A stretch of DNA of 64,000 bases from the human T2T-CHM13v2.0 reference genome, Homo sapiens. Location: NCBI RefSeq assembly GCF_009914755.1, contig NC_060932.1; one strand, given 5' to 3'. Below the pieces are notes generated by a model. That model saw only the letters and a list, made by a program, of their open reading frames with translations, ran no database searches and had not been told where the DNA came from. The translations under genes and the position numbers were made by a program. Shown here piece after piece: positions 51,073 to 64,000 of the stretch. The stretch's first letter is position 1. Every line of letters starts with the position of its first letter.

Positions 51073-53399
51073 TTACTAGTAAGAAGAAAGAAAAGATAAC
51101 TTGGATGGAATTTTATCTCATCTTATTGACAGGCAGTAATAAGGGAGATGTCTGATAAAAAGAAAATATATTAAATTGAGTAAGAAGCAACATAGAAGAA
51201 GGTATTTTTATTGTATAGATGGGAATATGTTAGGAAGAAGTCTAATATCCCACACGGAGAAAGGCAGAGGACACTAGACATCCCTTCTTTGCCTCCACTT
51301 CCATGTAAAGAAACTACAGGGCTGGGTTTAAAAGAGCAGGATTACAGACAGGGCAAATGGAGCAATTTAGGGCTTTTCTCCTGAGGTTTCTTGTACATTC
51401 CAAAGGAATAGAAAAGGAACATGAAACATTTACAAACTGTTATCACTTCACAGAAAAGAGGTACAGAGAACATCCAATTTGCTTCTAGGTTGTCCAACTC
51501 AGATCATCAAAAGAGGAAAAAATGAAATAATTCAAGAGAGAACTTCTGGCCAGAAATAAAGATTGTGTACATTCACACATTTTCCTTGTGCTATTGGAAC
51601 CTGAGAATGTGGATGGTGTGCAAGAGGGAAAGAAACTTACAATTATTTGATGTTGTGAGAAAAACATGGGGCTAGGACTGAGCTCTTTTAATGGGTGTGA
51701 TGATGAGCAAGCCTGCTAATACCTTTAACGTTCAGGTACCAAATATGTAAAATGAAAAATACTTGTCCTCCCTACGGCAAGAATCATTATGTGCATCAAA
51801 TATAAGCAAAACTTTTATGGCTAAAATAAAAGGATATGGAGAAGAAGGAATAATAAATTCTAATTCTGTTCATAAAGAAAAACATTTCAAATTTGTATTG
51901 ATAAAATAAATTGAAACAGAATAGGGACATATTTGTAGCTTTTAGAAATAAATTAGCTGTGAATATATTATTTTTAAAAACTGTAATAAATGTACATTGA
52001 GTACAAATGAATAATTATCCCAAAAACCAGAATTTTAATGCTAGAAGAAAAGGCAGATCATCTCGTTTAAGACATAAATTTAATCTTCTTAACAAGAACC
52101 TTGTTATTCAAGCGGAACACCTAAATGGCTGCTCTTGTTAAAATAAACCTGAGGGTGGGCTTGCTTTGTCTCTCCCTGCACGGCTCCAGAAAATTTCTAC
52201 ACAAGTTCTCCTATGGAACAGTTTTAAAACCCCAGCTTGAGTACTAACACTAGTTTCTAAAAATAAGGAGAATACGGCCAAGAGGTAAAATTGTACAAAG
52301 GCAACTAGAGTCAGGACTAGAATCCAACTGTCTTGATTTAGTCTAATACTCTTCAGTCTACTAGTCTAGTATTCGCTCTATGTCCTGTTACTTCTATTTT
52401 TTTTTTTAAGAAAAAAATATGAAGGGTTTTTTTTTTTGACTCTGTAAATAATTCTTTCAAATCTCTTTCTGGCTCAAGATCACTCAACTGTAATCTTTCT
52501 GGAAACAAGTAATTGATAACATAGGTGAGATCAGATAAGTTAAAAGAGCCACCCCAAGTTCATTCTGTTCAGGATTAAGTAAAGGTAACACTTTAGGGGA
52601 AGGTGTTTAGACTACAAGCTGCGGTGTTGTGAGCGCCCAAGTATCATTTAATTGTCCGAAACGTCAAGATAAAATATTTCCGAGGGGCATCACGGAAGTT
52701 TAACAGAATGTGTTAGACTTGAACGTTCAACAGCTTGCTCATTTTGCCAAAAGCCCTTTCACTAAATGTGGGAAATTTGGAAAATGGTACCTCAATAAAT
52801 AAACAAACAACGATTTTTAATTTAAGAACCCAGGAAAAAATGTTAACAATTCTCACATTCAGATTTCTTATCAAAAGTCAACGTGAAATATAACTAATTT
52901 ATCGCAAGCAATTTTATCAGAAACTTTTCATTATCTCTTCCTCCATAAGAAAACCAAACTGCATTTACGTGCGCTTTCAACAGTGTTAGAAAACTAAGCA
53001 CTCAAATTTTTTGTACTACATATAACACTTTACATGAACTTTCAGATATTAAGTAAAGTTTGGATCCTCAATTCTTTATAAAGCCGTTTATAAGAGGTAA
53101 ATATCTTCACGACCGCCAAATGAGAGAAAAAGATTTCGAAGTTCGTCTCTTAAGTTACTACGTGGAATGCAGAGGGGCTCAACTGCAGCTGTGTGTGTGT
53201 TTATTTTTAATGCCGCGATCCTAAAAACATCTTTAGGAGTTTAGGTTTGCTTCACTGCCTTTCCCAAAATTCAGCAGCTTTGATTTGCCTTTTCCAGGGA
53301 GACAGGAAGCCAATAAACAGGGAAAAAAAAGCAAACGGCGACAATTACAAGGTCGTGAAACTCCACGACCTCCCAGCTGAAAACAAGACCTCGGGTTTG

Positions 53400-54350
53400 C
53401 ACTCCGGCTCTCTAGGGCAGACACTGACCTTATGAGTCTGCGAAACGCCCACGCTCCACGTAACTTTCTCTGAAACATTCTCTGGAAAGCTTGTCTTTTC
53501 CTAGCCGAATCTGGATTACCAAGGCTTCCGGAACTCGCAGGCTTCCGGAGCGACGCAGGAGCCGGAAGTGGCTGAAAAAAAAAAGAAAAAGTTACACCAA
53601 CGAGAACTGCGCTTTAGCGGCGCTGCGGAAGGCACTGGATGGCCAAACAACCGCGAACGCCGACAAGCCGAAGAGCCGAAGGGCCGAAAAGCCGAAGCGG
53701 ACACCCGCGCGCGGTGATTGGCCGGTTGGCCGGAAGAACTCTGTCTCTGATTGGCAGGAGAGTCACGAACCGGTCAGCCCCGGGTCAGGGGCCGCAAGTG
53801 AGGACACTACAAGTGTCGAGGGGCCTAGGGGAAGCCGGGGCTTGGGAGGGCAGGGCTTTCTCTGCTTGCGGACATCGCGAAGGGCCTCTGGCAGGCGCCG
53901 CCGGGTGGCGGCGAGACGCCTCCGCGCCTCCGGGGTTCCTTGTTCGCTGTCGGAGGAGGACCGGCTGAGGGATGGCCTGGTGGGGAGGGAGCCCTCGGGC
54001 AGGTGGCTGCGTCGGGCCTGGGGCAGTTGTGCTGCGCTTGGAGACCTGCCCGCCCTCGGGGCCTGTGTGCACAGGGAGGATAGGCTGTTTATCTCTGCAG
54101 GCTCAGGAAGGCAGGTAGCTGGCCCGTCAGTCATCCGCCCTGCAAAGCGCTCCCGAGAGACCCCGTAGAGCGGGCCAGCGCGCGCCTGGCCTGAGGTTTC
54201 CCGCCCCCGGAGGCCCTCACATCTCCCCGGTAACGCTTAGGAATTCGGGCAGCCAGCTCGCCTACCCCTGGGGAATCGAGGCAGAGCTTCTGGGAATGGG
54301 GTCTGAGGGAAGAGTGCTCACCAGGCAGTGACATGTAGCCGTTGAGGATC
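53400..54350. promoter_or_regulatory. CpG island / TATA-less promoter of PEX2
   Basis: Abrupt GC- and CpG-rich segment in an AT-rich background. ETS/GABPA-type CCGGAAG motifs at ~53525, ~53542, 53562 (CCGGAAGT) and ~53730; two CCAAT boxes (ATTGG at 53717 and 53750); GC box ccgcccc at ~54201. Confidence 0.92.
53429..53571 (-). other. PEX2: PEX2 promoter-proximal 5'UTR exon (first exon when transcription starts at ~53510-53560; internal exon if the acceptor at 53571 is used)
   Basis: Donor cataag|GTcagt at 53429/53428 at the CpG island edge; upstream pyrimidine tract plus cAG at 53573-53572. The TSS cannot be fixed from sequence. Confidence 0.75.
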
Positions 54351-54766
54351 GCCACTGCCTTCTCGTTCTGTGGTATGAATGGCAGTGTCTCTCTAGAGAG
54401 TTAGTGCTTAAGTTTGAATGATGGCAGGCACTTCAGGATTCCAGCACGTAGTAGGGTTTAAGAACGTCTTAGTTCTTACCTCCAGTCTCGACTCACCGTT
54501 CCTACAAGGAACACTCACTTCTACGAAAGCTCTATTAGACATTCGAGGGAGAGCTTATACTGTAGAACCAGTGTTATTAGGAAAGTTTTTTTTTTTTTTG
54601 CTTGTATTTTTATTTCAGAAACTACCCATGGAGCAGAGTTGCTAAAATAAAATTTATTAACTCTAATGCTATCCAAATTGTGAAACAATGGTACAAATGA
54701 GATAGAGTAGAAGCTACAAATTGATAGAGTATGTAGTTCACTTAGGGGTTTGGGAGTGGATTTTCT

Positions 54767-54998
54767 AGAGCTGCAACTGTCCAGTGTAGTAGTCACTGGC
54801 CACCTGAAAAGTGGCTAGTCTGAACTGAGGTCTGCTCTAAGTGTAGAACATGCACCAGATTTCTAAAGCGTGGTCTGAAAAGAAAAAGAATGTAAAGTAT
54901 TTCATTAATTTTATATTGCTTACATGTCAAAATGAGAATGTTTTGGAAAATTTTAAATTACGTGGCTTCCATTATATTTCTATGGATACTGCTGTTCT
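54767..54998. mobile_element. MER3/MER33-like hAT-Charlie element
   Basis: ctgtccagtgtagtagtcactggccac...gtggctagtctgaactgag...tacgtggcttccattatatttcta. Confidence 0.7.
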
Positions 54999-56057
54999 AG
55001 AGAGTAAAAAAATCTCACTGAAGAAGAGTAGGCCTTTCGTTTAGCAACTGTGAAGAAAACCAACCACGCTGCACCTCTCAGGTAGCCTACAGATGTGCTG
55101 TGCTTCACTTAATTTTTGAGAGGGACGGGGGAAAATACACACAAAGACTTGATTGACATAGAGGACATTTTCAGAAAGCAAATTCTGGTTCATAGAGCCT
55201 TATGTATGTCATGTGAACATCACACAGTAGCGAATGAAAATAATAAAGATATCAAGAAACTTGAATCATATTTAATGAATCTCATTAAGAATGCGGGGAA
55301 ACATGCAACAGTTAAAATTCTGTTGAAATTGTTTAAAATAAGTTCTAGATTTTAATGTTTAACCTGTAGATACAGTATACCTTCTTAATTTTCCCATGAG
55401 CTGGTGAGCTGAGGTTCCAGGGAAGCTTTGTTTCCAGTTTTTTAAAGATATATTTATTTTTCATTCATTTATTTAACAAAAGCTTTCTGAGGCCCGGGAG
55501 TTTTGCTAGGCAGTGTTGATAAAAATGTGAAGACAGAAAACAGACACGGCTCTTACTCTCTCAGAGCTAATTCATATCAGTTCAGAGGCAGTGAATAAGT
55601 AAATAATAACCAAGACAGAATATTTTCTTCTTAGTAAATGTTTACCTCTGTAAATGCAAAACATGAGTTATTTTAAACCTAGAATTTATATATTTCTAGT
55701 GACATGTTAAGAGTCTTTATTAGAACTTGGCTGTGGACTTAAAAATATTAGGAAAAAAATCAAAGTTAATTTGTTCATTAACTATGAGAAGTTAAAGAAG
55801 AAAAATTAAAATTGTTTTTTTAACCTTTACATAGAAAAGATGGAAACATTTTATAATAGCATTTTATATCCTCTTTAGCCTTTTAGCAACTTTTAGATTC
55901 TAAGAATTTAACAATAGAAATGTAAATAAGACATTGATTTATGTCCCTAATATAGTTTTAAAATGCTGACTTTAAGAAGTTAAATTTATTCTAGAATATT
56001 ATGTAGTTCCTAAATCAATATATTTGAGTCTTTTAGGAAAAAGTTAAGTATGGATCT

Positions 56058-56632
56058 TATATTAGTTTACCATTAATACTATTTCTGTAACAAAGTTAGA
56101 AGCTCAAACCACCACCAATTTGTTACCTTACAGTTCTGTAGTCAGAAGTCCAACATGGTTCTCAATGGCCTAAAATCAAGGTGTCCACAGGATTGTGTTC
56201 CTTTCTAGAGAGGTAAGGGAAGAATCTGATTTTTTTTTTTTTTTTGCTTATTCAGGTTGTTGGACAAATTGAGTCCCTTGCTCTTGTAGCTGTTCTCCCT
56301 GTTTCTTTGCTGGCTGTCAGCTAAGAGCTGTTTTCAGCTTCTAGAGGCCACTCACATTTCCTTGGTTATGGCCCTCTTCGTCTCCAAAGCCAGCAATGGT
56401 GGATTGAGACCCTTTCATCCTTGTAAATCTTTCTTTCTTCTTCTTCCATTGCTGTATCTCTCCAATTACAGCCTTTTAAGAATCCATTGGTTAGACAGAA
56501 TCTCCCCCACTCAAGGTTCATAACTTTTATTTACATCTGCAAAGTTGCTTTTGCGGTAATAATGTAACATATTCACAGCTTACAGGGATTGGGGAATGGA
56601 TATATTTAGGAGCCATTATTCTACCTATCTCA
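56058..56632 (-). mobile_element. MLT1-family solo LTR
   Basis: cttacagttctgtagtcagaagtccaa...ctaaaatcaaggtgtc...acatctgcaaag...gagccattattctaccta. Confidence 0.75.
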
Positions 56633-56699
56633 GATCTCAATTGGGGCCATGCAGTATATCCAGTGTTTCATACCACTATTCTCAATACTTTATGTTAGA

Positions 56700-57195
56700 A
56701 TAATAATATTGATAATAGGTAAATTTTGTTGGTTATATAATATGCTCAAGGTACTTTTCTGAGCCCTTTTACTAAATTCACTCATTTAATCCTCAGAACT
56801 ACCCTAGGAGGCAAACACTGTTATTGTTCCCACTCACAGATGAGGAAACAGGTGCTGAAAGCTGAAGTAACTTGTCGAATTTCTCACAGCCATTAAATGG
56901 TGAAATGGAGATCTGAACCTAGGTAGTCTGGTTCCAGAGCCTGTGCATGCTCTGAAGCTCAACATAATAAAAATAATTTCTACATACCTGGATTTAACTA
57001 AACATGTGTTGATGATACAGTGGCTATGAATTCAGGTTCTGACATCACCTTGTGGATTCAAATTCTACCTACCCATTACTGAATGACCCTGGGCAAGTTA
57101 CTTGACCTCTCTGAGACTTAACAATAAACTGAACCAATAATAATAGTTGAGAATTAAACAAATACTATATGTAAGGTACTTAGAGCACTGCCTCT
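56700..57195. mobile_element. Two MIR SINEs in opposite orientations (~56700-56950 minus, ~57015-57195 plus)
   Basis: cccactcacagatgaggaaacagg..gaagtaacttg and tgaccctgggcaagttacttgacctctctgag. Confidence 0.7.
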
Positions 57196-57200
57196 ACATA

Positions 57201-57533
57201 CAGTCATTCATAACAATAGAGATACGTTTTGAGAAGTGCGTCATTAGGCTATTTTGTTGTGTGAACATCGTAGAGTGTACTTACACAAACCTAGATGATG
57301 TAGTCTACTACATACCTAGGCTACATGGGATAACCTTTTGCTCCTAGGCTACAAACCCGCACAGCGTGTTACTGTACTGAGTACTATAGGTAGTTGTAAC
57401 ACAGTGGTAAGTATTTGTGCATCTAACCATGTCTAAACATAGAAAAATTGCAGTAAAAATACAGTATTATAATCTTAGGGACCACTGTTGTGTATGTGGG
57501 CCATCATTGACTGAAACATCATTATGCAGTGCA
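57201..57533. mobile_element. Tigger3a (MER7A)-like non-autonomous element
   Basis: gatacgttttgagaagtgcgtcattagg...gtgtacttacacaaacctagatg...cctaggctacaaacc...gggaccactgttgt. Confidence 0.8.
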
Positions 57534-59190
57534 AGCAATTGCTAGCTGTAATTATTGATGACAATTCAACTTTTAAAAACAGTATTTATTATAAAAAGAA
57601 ATGTTTCCTTTAGAGATCAGTCTTTCCTTGTAAAATAAAAACTGAAAATTAAAATTTTTACTTTAATACACTACAGTGCTATCTCCTTTCTCAGACTCTG
57701 ATTTCTCCTCACTCTAGGTTAGCATCTATCGTTCTAACCATGGTACCTTCAGTGTTATCTGATCATGCATTCTAAATACTTTGTCCAGATCCTAGTATCT
57801 GCAGGCTAATATTCAAACTCTCTAGAAGGGCACCAGGACTTTTCACACATTCCAGAGACTCTCTCTTGCCATTCCTCTGCTGGGTATTTACACAGCCATC
57901 AATTCTAACTTTTCACTGCTCTCGTTTGCTATTATTATTCTTTGAGGGAGACTTATGTGTGTGGAGGGGACTCTGGGGAGTATGGACAATGTCATATCCT
58001 GGGTCCCCTTCCATAATGCCTGCTAATACCACTCCAAATTCACTCTCTCTTTTAATAATCTTTCCTGCACTTGCCTTAATTCAAACCCTCATTATCCTTG
58101 CACTTTAAGCCATCTCTTAACAAATTGGTGGCCTCCAGCCTCACTGCCCTTCAGGCTTACTATCCTTGCTTGCTGGAATGATCTCTAAACTACAAAACTC
58201 TATATGTTACTCTCCTTCTTCAAACCATTCAGTGTCCCCTCTGCCAGGTCCTACAAATATTACTCTTTTTTCTGTGCCTCTTGGTACCAGTTACATGCTT
58301 CTACCGTAACTTAAAAGGTGTCACACAGTTGTTTATTTAAATACATATCTTCCCTTCTAAATCAGGAGCTCATGGATAATAGGGCCATAAGAGATGGTTT
58401 TGCTTTAATGAATTTATATTATTTCATGATAACATAAATTATTGTATTATTGTATCATCTGTCTCTTGTCACTAATCTGTGAACTCTTTAAGGGGAGACT
58501 AATTGTTTTATTCATTTCTCTTTTTCCTCTATGCCCGTGGCATAGGAGGTACTTAGTAATTGGTCAATGAATGATTTGGGAAAAATAATCCAGAATATAT
58601 ACAATTTTTTAGTCTGCTTCAGTCTAAATAAATATATGAAACTATGTATTTGGAATATATATGATTTCATTATGATTATTATATACAATTCAATTATGAT
58701 TTTAGAAGAAGCATAATTCCTGTACTCTGGAGCCAGAGTGCCTGAGTTTGAATTCTGGCTCTGCCACTTACAAGCTTGGGGAAGTTTTCTTGGGAAAGCT
58801 AATCAAAATTGTGTTTGTTGTTTGTCTGTAGAAGAAGAATGATAATAGTAACTGTCTTTTAAGTTAATAGAACTAAATGAATAATATTTATAACGTATCT
58901 ATGACTTTAGACTCTATAATAGTGTCTACCACCTAGTAAATGTTCTACAAGTGCTTGTTAAATAAAAACATAATAGTTTTTATTCTCATTGCTTTTGATG
59001 ATAGGTAATGGTCTTGAAATACAATGATTTAGAAAAAATCGTCCCGTACTTTCTAGTGGTGTTTTGAACTAGTTTTTTTACTCAATGATTTTTAATATTG
59101 TACATTCTAGAATGATCATATATATTCCTTCAACATTTAGAGAGTACCTGTGTGTGATCTCTCTCAGGAAACACTTACATATTTTCTCTT

Positions 59191-59700
59191 TGTATTATTT
59201 TTCTGTTGCCATTATAACAAATTACCACAAACTTAGTTGCTTAAAACAACGTAAATTTATTATATTATTATTCTATAGATCAGATGTCTGACAATAATCT
59301 CACCAACCTAAGATCAAGTTGACAGCAGGGTAGCACTCTTTACTGGAGACTGCAGGCTAGAATCTGTTTTCTTGCCTTTTCCCATTTTGGAGGCTGTCCA
59401 CATTCATTGGCTCTTGGCCCCCTTCTTCTACCTTCAAAGCCTGCAATGTTGCATCTCTCTAATCATTCTGGCATAATCACAAGTGTTTCTCTGACCACAG
59501 CCAGGAATGGTTCTCTGCTTTTAAAGGATTCTTGTGATAAAATTGGACCCACCTGGATAAACCATGTCAGTCTTCCCATTTCAAGAACCTTAACTTGATT
59601 ACATGTGCAAAGTTCCTTTCCCTATGTAAAGTAATTTATTCATAAGTTCTATGGATTGGAGTATGGACTTCTTTGGAGGACTGTTATTCTGCCTACCACA
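59191..59700 (-). mobile_element. MLT1C/D-like solo LTR
   Basis: ataacaaattaccacaaacttagttgcttaaaacaac...attggacccacctggataa...attctgcctaccaca. Confidence 0.8.
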
Positions 59701-60017
59701 CTCTTGTACTGTAAATGAGTCACTGTGGAAAGGTAATAGGTTGTAGCTTCTGAAAATAAAGATAAATGTTAGCTAGATTGTTAACAGTAGTGTCAGTATC
59801 ATTTATGACTCTACTGGTTGTTGAGAGCGAAGTTGGCTTAGTAGAATGCTTAGGTACTGCAGGGCTCACTGATTATGTCTTTGTCTCCTAGGATTTTTAT
59901 TCTACTAGAGAGGGAAGAATACATTCATATTTGTTGCATATCTGCCGTGTCCTAGGTACTCTACAATGAACTACAGATACATTAATCCCATTTAATTTCC
60001 ACAATAACTTTATGAGG

Positions 60018-60586
60018 TGTGGTAGGAGGCCTTCTAAGATGACCCAATGATCTCCATCACATAGCACTCACCCCCTTGTATAATCTCCCTCCTTTGAATG
60101 TAAGCTTAACCCAGTGACTCTACCAATGAACAGAGTAGGACAATAGTGATAGTATATCATTTCTGAGATTGGATTCCAGAAAACTATGACTTGTCTCTCA
60201 CTTACACTGTCTGTCTCTTGCCCTCTTATTTGCTTGCTTTGATGAAGCAAGCTGCAGTGTGGTAAACTGCCTTTGAAAGAGACCCACATGTCAAGAAACT
60301 GAGCATCACCTGTGACCAACAGCCAGAAAGTAACTGAAGCCCCAAGACGAACAGCTTGTGCAAAACTAAATTCTGCCTACAACAAGAGCATGAATTGAGA
60401 CGCAGATCCTTCCCTAGTTGATCCTTGAAATGCTTGCAGCTCTATGGACACCTTGATTGCAGCCTTGTGAGAAATTCTGAACTAGAGGACCTCGTATGCC
60501 TTACCCATAGGTCTTACAAGATAATACGTGTTTTTCAAAAAAGTAAGTTTGGGGATAATTTCTTATGCAGCAATAGATAATGAATA
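60018..60586 (+). mobile_element. MLT1E/F/G-like solo LTR
   Basis: tgtggtagg...ctaagatgaccc...taagtttggggataatttcttatgcagcaatagataa. Confidence 0.75.
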
Positions 60587-60629
60587 ATAAAGTAAATACA
60601 GTTTTTTGCTGTTGACTTCAAAAATGTTT

Positions 60630-61511
60630 AAAGATTTTACTGTTATATAATTGTACATATTTATGGGGTACATGTGATATTTTGATACATGCATACAATG
60701 TGTAATGATCAAACTGGGGTAATTTGAATATCCATCACCTCAAATGTTATTTAGTGGTATTGGGAACATTCCAAATCTTGTAGGTATTTTGAAATATACA
60801 AAAAGTTAATTATATATATAAATATATGTCATATATTATTAATATATTAATAATATATGCCATATATATATATGTATGTATAAATGCCATATATATTAAT
60901 TACATGTATGGCATGTTTTCTTTTATACATTTATCCACTGATAAACACTTAGGTTCCTTCCTTACCTTGGCTATTGTGAATAGTGCTGCAATAAACATGG
61001 GAGTGTAGATAATCTCTTTGATGCACTAGTTTTCTTTCTTTTGGATGTATACCTAGCAGTGAGAATGCAGGATCATATGGTAGATATATTTTTAGTTTTT
61101 TGAGGAACTTTCATACTGTTTTTTACAGTGGCTGTGCTTATTTACATTCCCACCAACAGTGTGTGAGTGTTCACATCCTTGCCAGTATTTATTATTTTTT
61201 GTCCTTTGATGATTTTAACTGGAGTGAAGTGATATAATTGTGGTTTTGATTTGCATTTCCCTAATGATTAGTGATGTTGGGTATTTTTTTTAATACCTGT
61301 TGGCCATTTGTATGTATTCTTTTATGAAGCATCTATTTAGATCATTTGTCCATTTGTAAATCAGATTATTTGTTTTTTTGCTATTGAGTTGTTTGAGTTT
61401 CTTATATGTTCTGGTTATTAATCCCTTGTTGGATGGATAGTTTGCAAATATTTTATCCCATTCTGCAGGTTGTCTCTTTATTGATTGTTTCCTTTGCTGT
61501 GCAGAAGCTTT
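60630..61511 (-). mobile_element. L1MA-type 3' fragment with internal TA-rich low-complexity tract (~60808-60905)
   Basis: tgtacatatttatggggtacatgtgatattttgatac...ttggctattgtgaatagtgctgcaataaacatggg...cctttgctgtgcagaagcttt. Confidence 0.85.
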
Positions 61512-61624
61512 GCTTTAGTACAGATAATAAAACAAATACTTGGAAAGATTAGGCAACTTCCTGGGTCACTTAATTATTAGTAGAAGCTCTTTCCACTGCA
61601 AATAGTGATGATAATAGTAATAAA

Positions 61625-61880
61625 ATTGAAGTATTAGTAGTTGCTTATGTTTATTGAGCAATTACTAGGTATTAGACAACTTTCAATGCATTTTATATGT
61701 TATAATCTTAGATTATTACAACTTTATAAAGTAGGTACTATAATTATCTCATTTGATAAATGATGAAATTGGATTTAAGAGAGGTCAAACTATATTCCCA
61801 AGATCCGCAGTGAGCCAGTAGATTGGCAGGATTTGAACTCAGGTTGTATGGCTCTTGAGTTCTCACTCTTACCACTATAA
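61625..61880 (-). mobile_element. MIR SINE
   Basis: tttattgagcaattacta...gtaggtactataattatctcattt...caggatttgaactcagg. Confidence 0.65.
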
Positions 61881-64000
61881 TAAATTGTTCCCTAAAGATC
61901 CATGCTATGAGGCAAAAGGTGATGGTGCAGCAGGAAGAAATGAAAGGTTACAGTCTGTCAGGCGAATGAGATTATCCCTGACCAAGTTATTAGGAAATGC
62001 TGTGGCACTAGGAAGGTATCCGACATGGCTCTGAAAGGCTGGGTAGAATTTAAGCTTCTGGCTGTTAGAGGAAAGAGCATAATCAGCTGAGCAAGACAGC
62101 TGGAGAAGCATGAGCTGGAAGACACCAGCTCACAGCATCTAGAGCTGCATCAGGATGAGGAAAAGTGGGAGATAAATTTAGAAAGATAGTTTGGGGCCTG
62201 GAGATAGTTATGTAAAAAAAAAAAAAAGAATGTATTGTTTATAAAATTATTGATTCTTGAGGTTTGTGACTAGTAGTTTAAATCAACTACATCTTAAACT
62301 ATTTAGTGGCACTATTATAGAGATGATATTCGGGTAAATTTGAAACACACAGAGAATCAGATTGTATAGATTGTATGAAAATATGAAATTTAGTTTCAGT
62401 ACAGTACAAAAGAAAACTTATGAATGTACACTGAACATTTTGTGTGGTTAAACTTCTTGACACATTAAAAAATGTGTTAAGTTTATATTTAGTTTCAGCA
62501 AAACTGCATGAATCATTATATATCAACATATACAGGTATTTTTTTCTTATAAAAATAGTATTATTGGTGGTTACATGCAAAGAACATTAAGCATTCCACT
62601 AAAAACAGAGCTTATAGAAATGAAGAAAAAATTTCATTATGATTGTGTTTTAGTTACCTGGGAGTAGGCCTTAAAAACAGAAGTATTTTTTTCTTCAAAA
62701 CATTCAGATTCACTAGATGAAAATTTAATTTTGTAGGATGTCTGTACAGTTCAACTTTGATTATGGTGTGAGCTTTCAATTTAGACAATTTATCATTACA
62801 TGGAGAGGAATTTTTTCTCTTAAGCCAGATTGAGTTTTCTTTCCAGGGAATAGATGAATCCAGGAGAAATCTTTCCACAGCTTATACCTAGCCAATGGAC
62901 AGCTCATTGAATAATGGCGAAAGGAAAATATGTAATATCTTTTCCTATAGTCTCTCTTTGACCTTGACTTATCTCAAAATTCTCCTATTCATAGATTAAA
63001 GCAGTTTACATTTCGATTCCTAAATTTGGGGGTTGGACTTCTGCTTCAAAACAGTACAAAGCAGGCAGTTGATAATATAAAATATATGCAGAGGCCTGAC
63101 TGATTTGCCTCTGACAGTTGTGTGACCTTTGGAAGGTCTCTTAACTGTCAAGGCCCTCAGTTTCTTAATCTCTCATCTGTTTGACATGTCCTCTAAAATT
63201 TTTCCTTTGTTTTAATGGATTAGGATTCTACAGGCCAATTTTTTATGGCTGCAGTTTCAACCTGATCGTGCAGTTAAACATGTGGGCCTTTGTGCTGTCT
63301 ATATGTTTTATTTGAAGTCATCTTTTCTATGTCTGTAGCTTTACAGGAATAACATAATTACATCCATAAGAGAGGCTAAGTCCTAAATTCCTAGCCTAGC
63401 CCAAGTTTGGCTTCACTTCTTGCTAATTTTGATCTTAAAATTTAGGAGAGGCTACTCCCTCTACCTCATAGCCAGACAGATTCTGTACTATCCCTAGAGG
63501 AATAATCTTGAAGCCCTTTCATTTTAAAATATCTCCCTTTTCTGTATGTATTTAAGTGTTTGTACTATATATCTTACTGCCATAACAGAGGAAGCCAGTG
63601 AGGTAATGAGAAAAAATATATGGCAATTATTTGACCTGACATCATTAACCTTAACAGCCTCAGCATCCAATACCTACCTTCATCCCCAGCCCCTACGCTC
63701 CCACCTGGAAGACTGCAGTGACCCTTAGAGGCAGGACATTTCTTTGAAAAGAAGCCTTTGGAACTCTGTCTGGAAAGGGTATTTTGAACACTCATTACTT
63801 CAGAGTTTCAGGACGAGTCTGAGGTCAATATTCTTGTATCCCACAAAAAATATGAGTAGAATAAAGGATTATATACATACACTAGCATTTCACATGATTT
63901 CCAAACAGTCAGAAAGTATCCAGAAGTCCTGGTTTTTCTTGAGTTCCTGAATTAATGAATTTTTCCTCCTCATTTTAGAAGGATCTAATGATTAAACATT

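Noticed and set aside
53491-54168. 225-aa + strand ORF and overlapping ORFs in the CpG island
   Set aside because: Non-ATG (TTG) start, low-complexity Arg/Gly/Ala content and no recognisable domain; stop-poor frames are expected in GC-rich DNA.
60808-60905. TA-rich self-complementary tract as a hairpin RNA
   Set aside because: A low-complexity expansion inside an L1MA fragment; self-complementarity is trivial for TA repeats.

Overview
Primate (almost certainly human) genomic DNA containing the whole PEX2 gene on the minus strand. PEX2 is the peroxisomal RING-finger peroxin mutated in Zellweger spectrum disorders. Its 305-aa CDS (37611->36694) lies entirely in the last exon. Three short 5'UTR exons can be rebuilt from splice signals (~53520-53429, 41770-41739, 39728-39619). 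There is a CpG-island promoter at ~53.4-54.35 kb and a probable ~3 kb Alu-containing 3'UTR. The MIR3149 hairpin is at 20194-20276 (-). The rest is mostly interspersed repeats (Tigger1/2/3, L1, Alu, MaLR LTRs, MIR, L2); subfamily names come from recalled consensus sequences and repeat boundaries are approximate. I see no new protein-coding gene. The best leads are: (1) a splicing-dependent two-uORF arrangement in the PEX2 leader, where a 32-nt Tigger1-derived exon supplies the uORF1 stop and exon 3 carries a uORF overlapping the main ATG; (2) a perfect inverted repeat with 65-bp arms at 7685-7824; (3) two twin-primed L1 insertions, one apparently trimmed by a deletion guided by an inverted repeat; (4) a very young AluY with mixed subfamily diagnostics. 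All functional interpretations are untested inferences.
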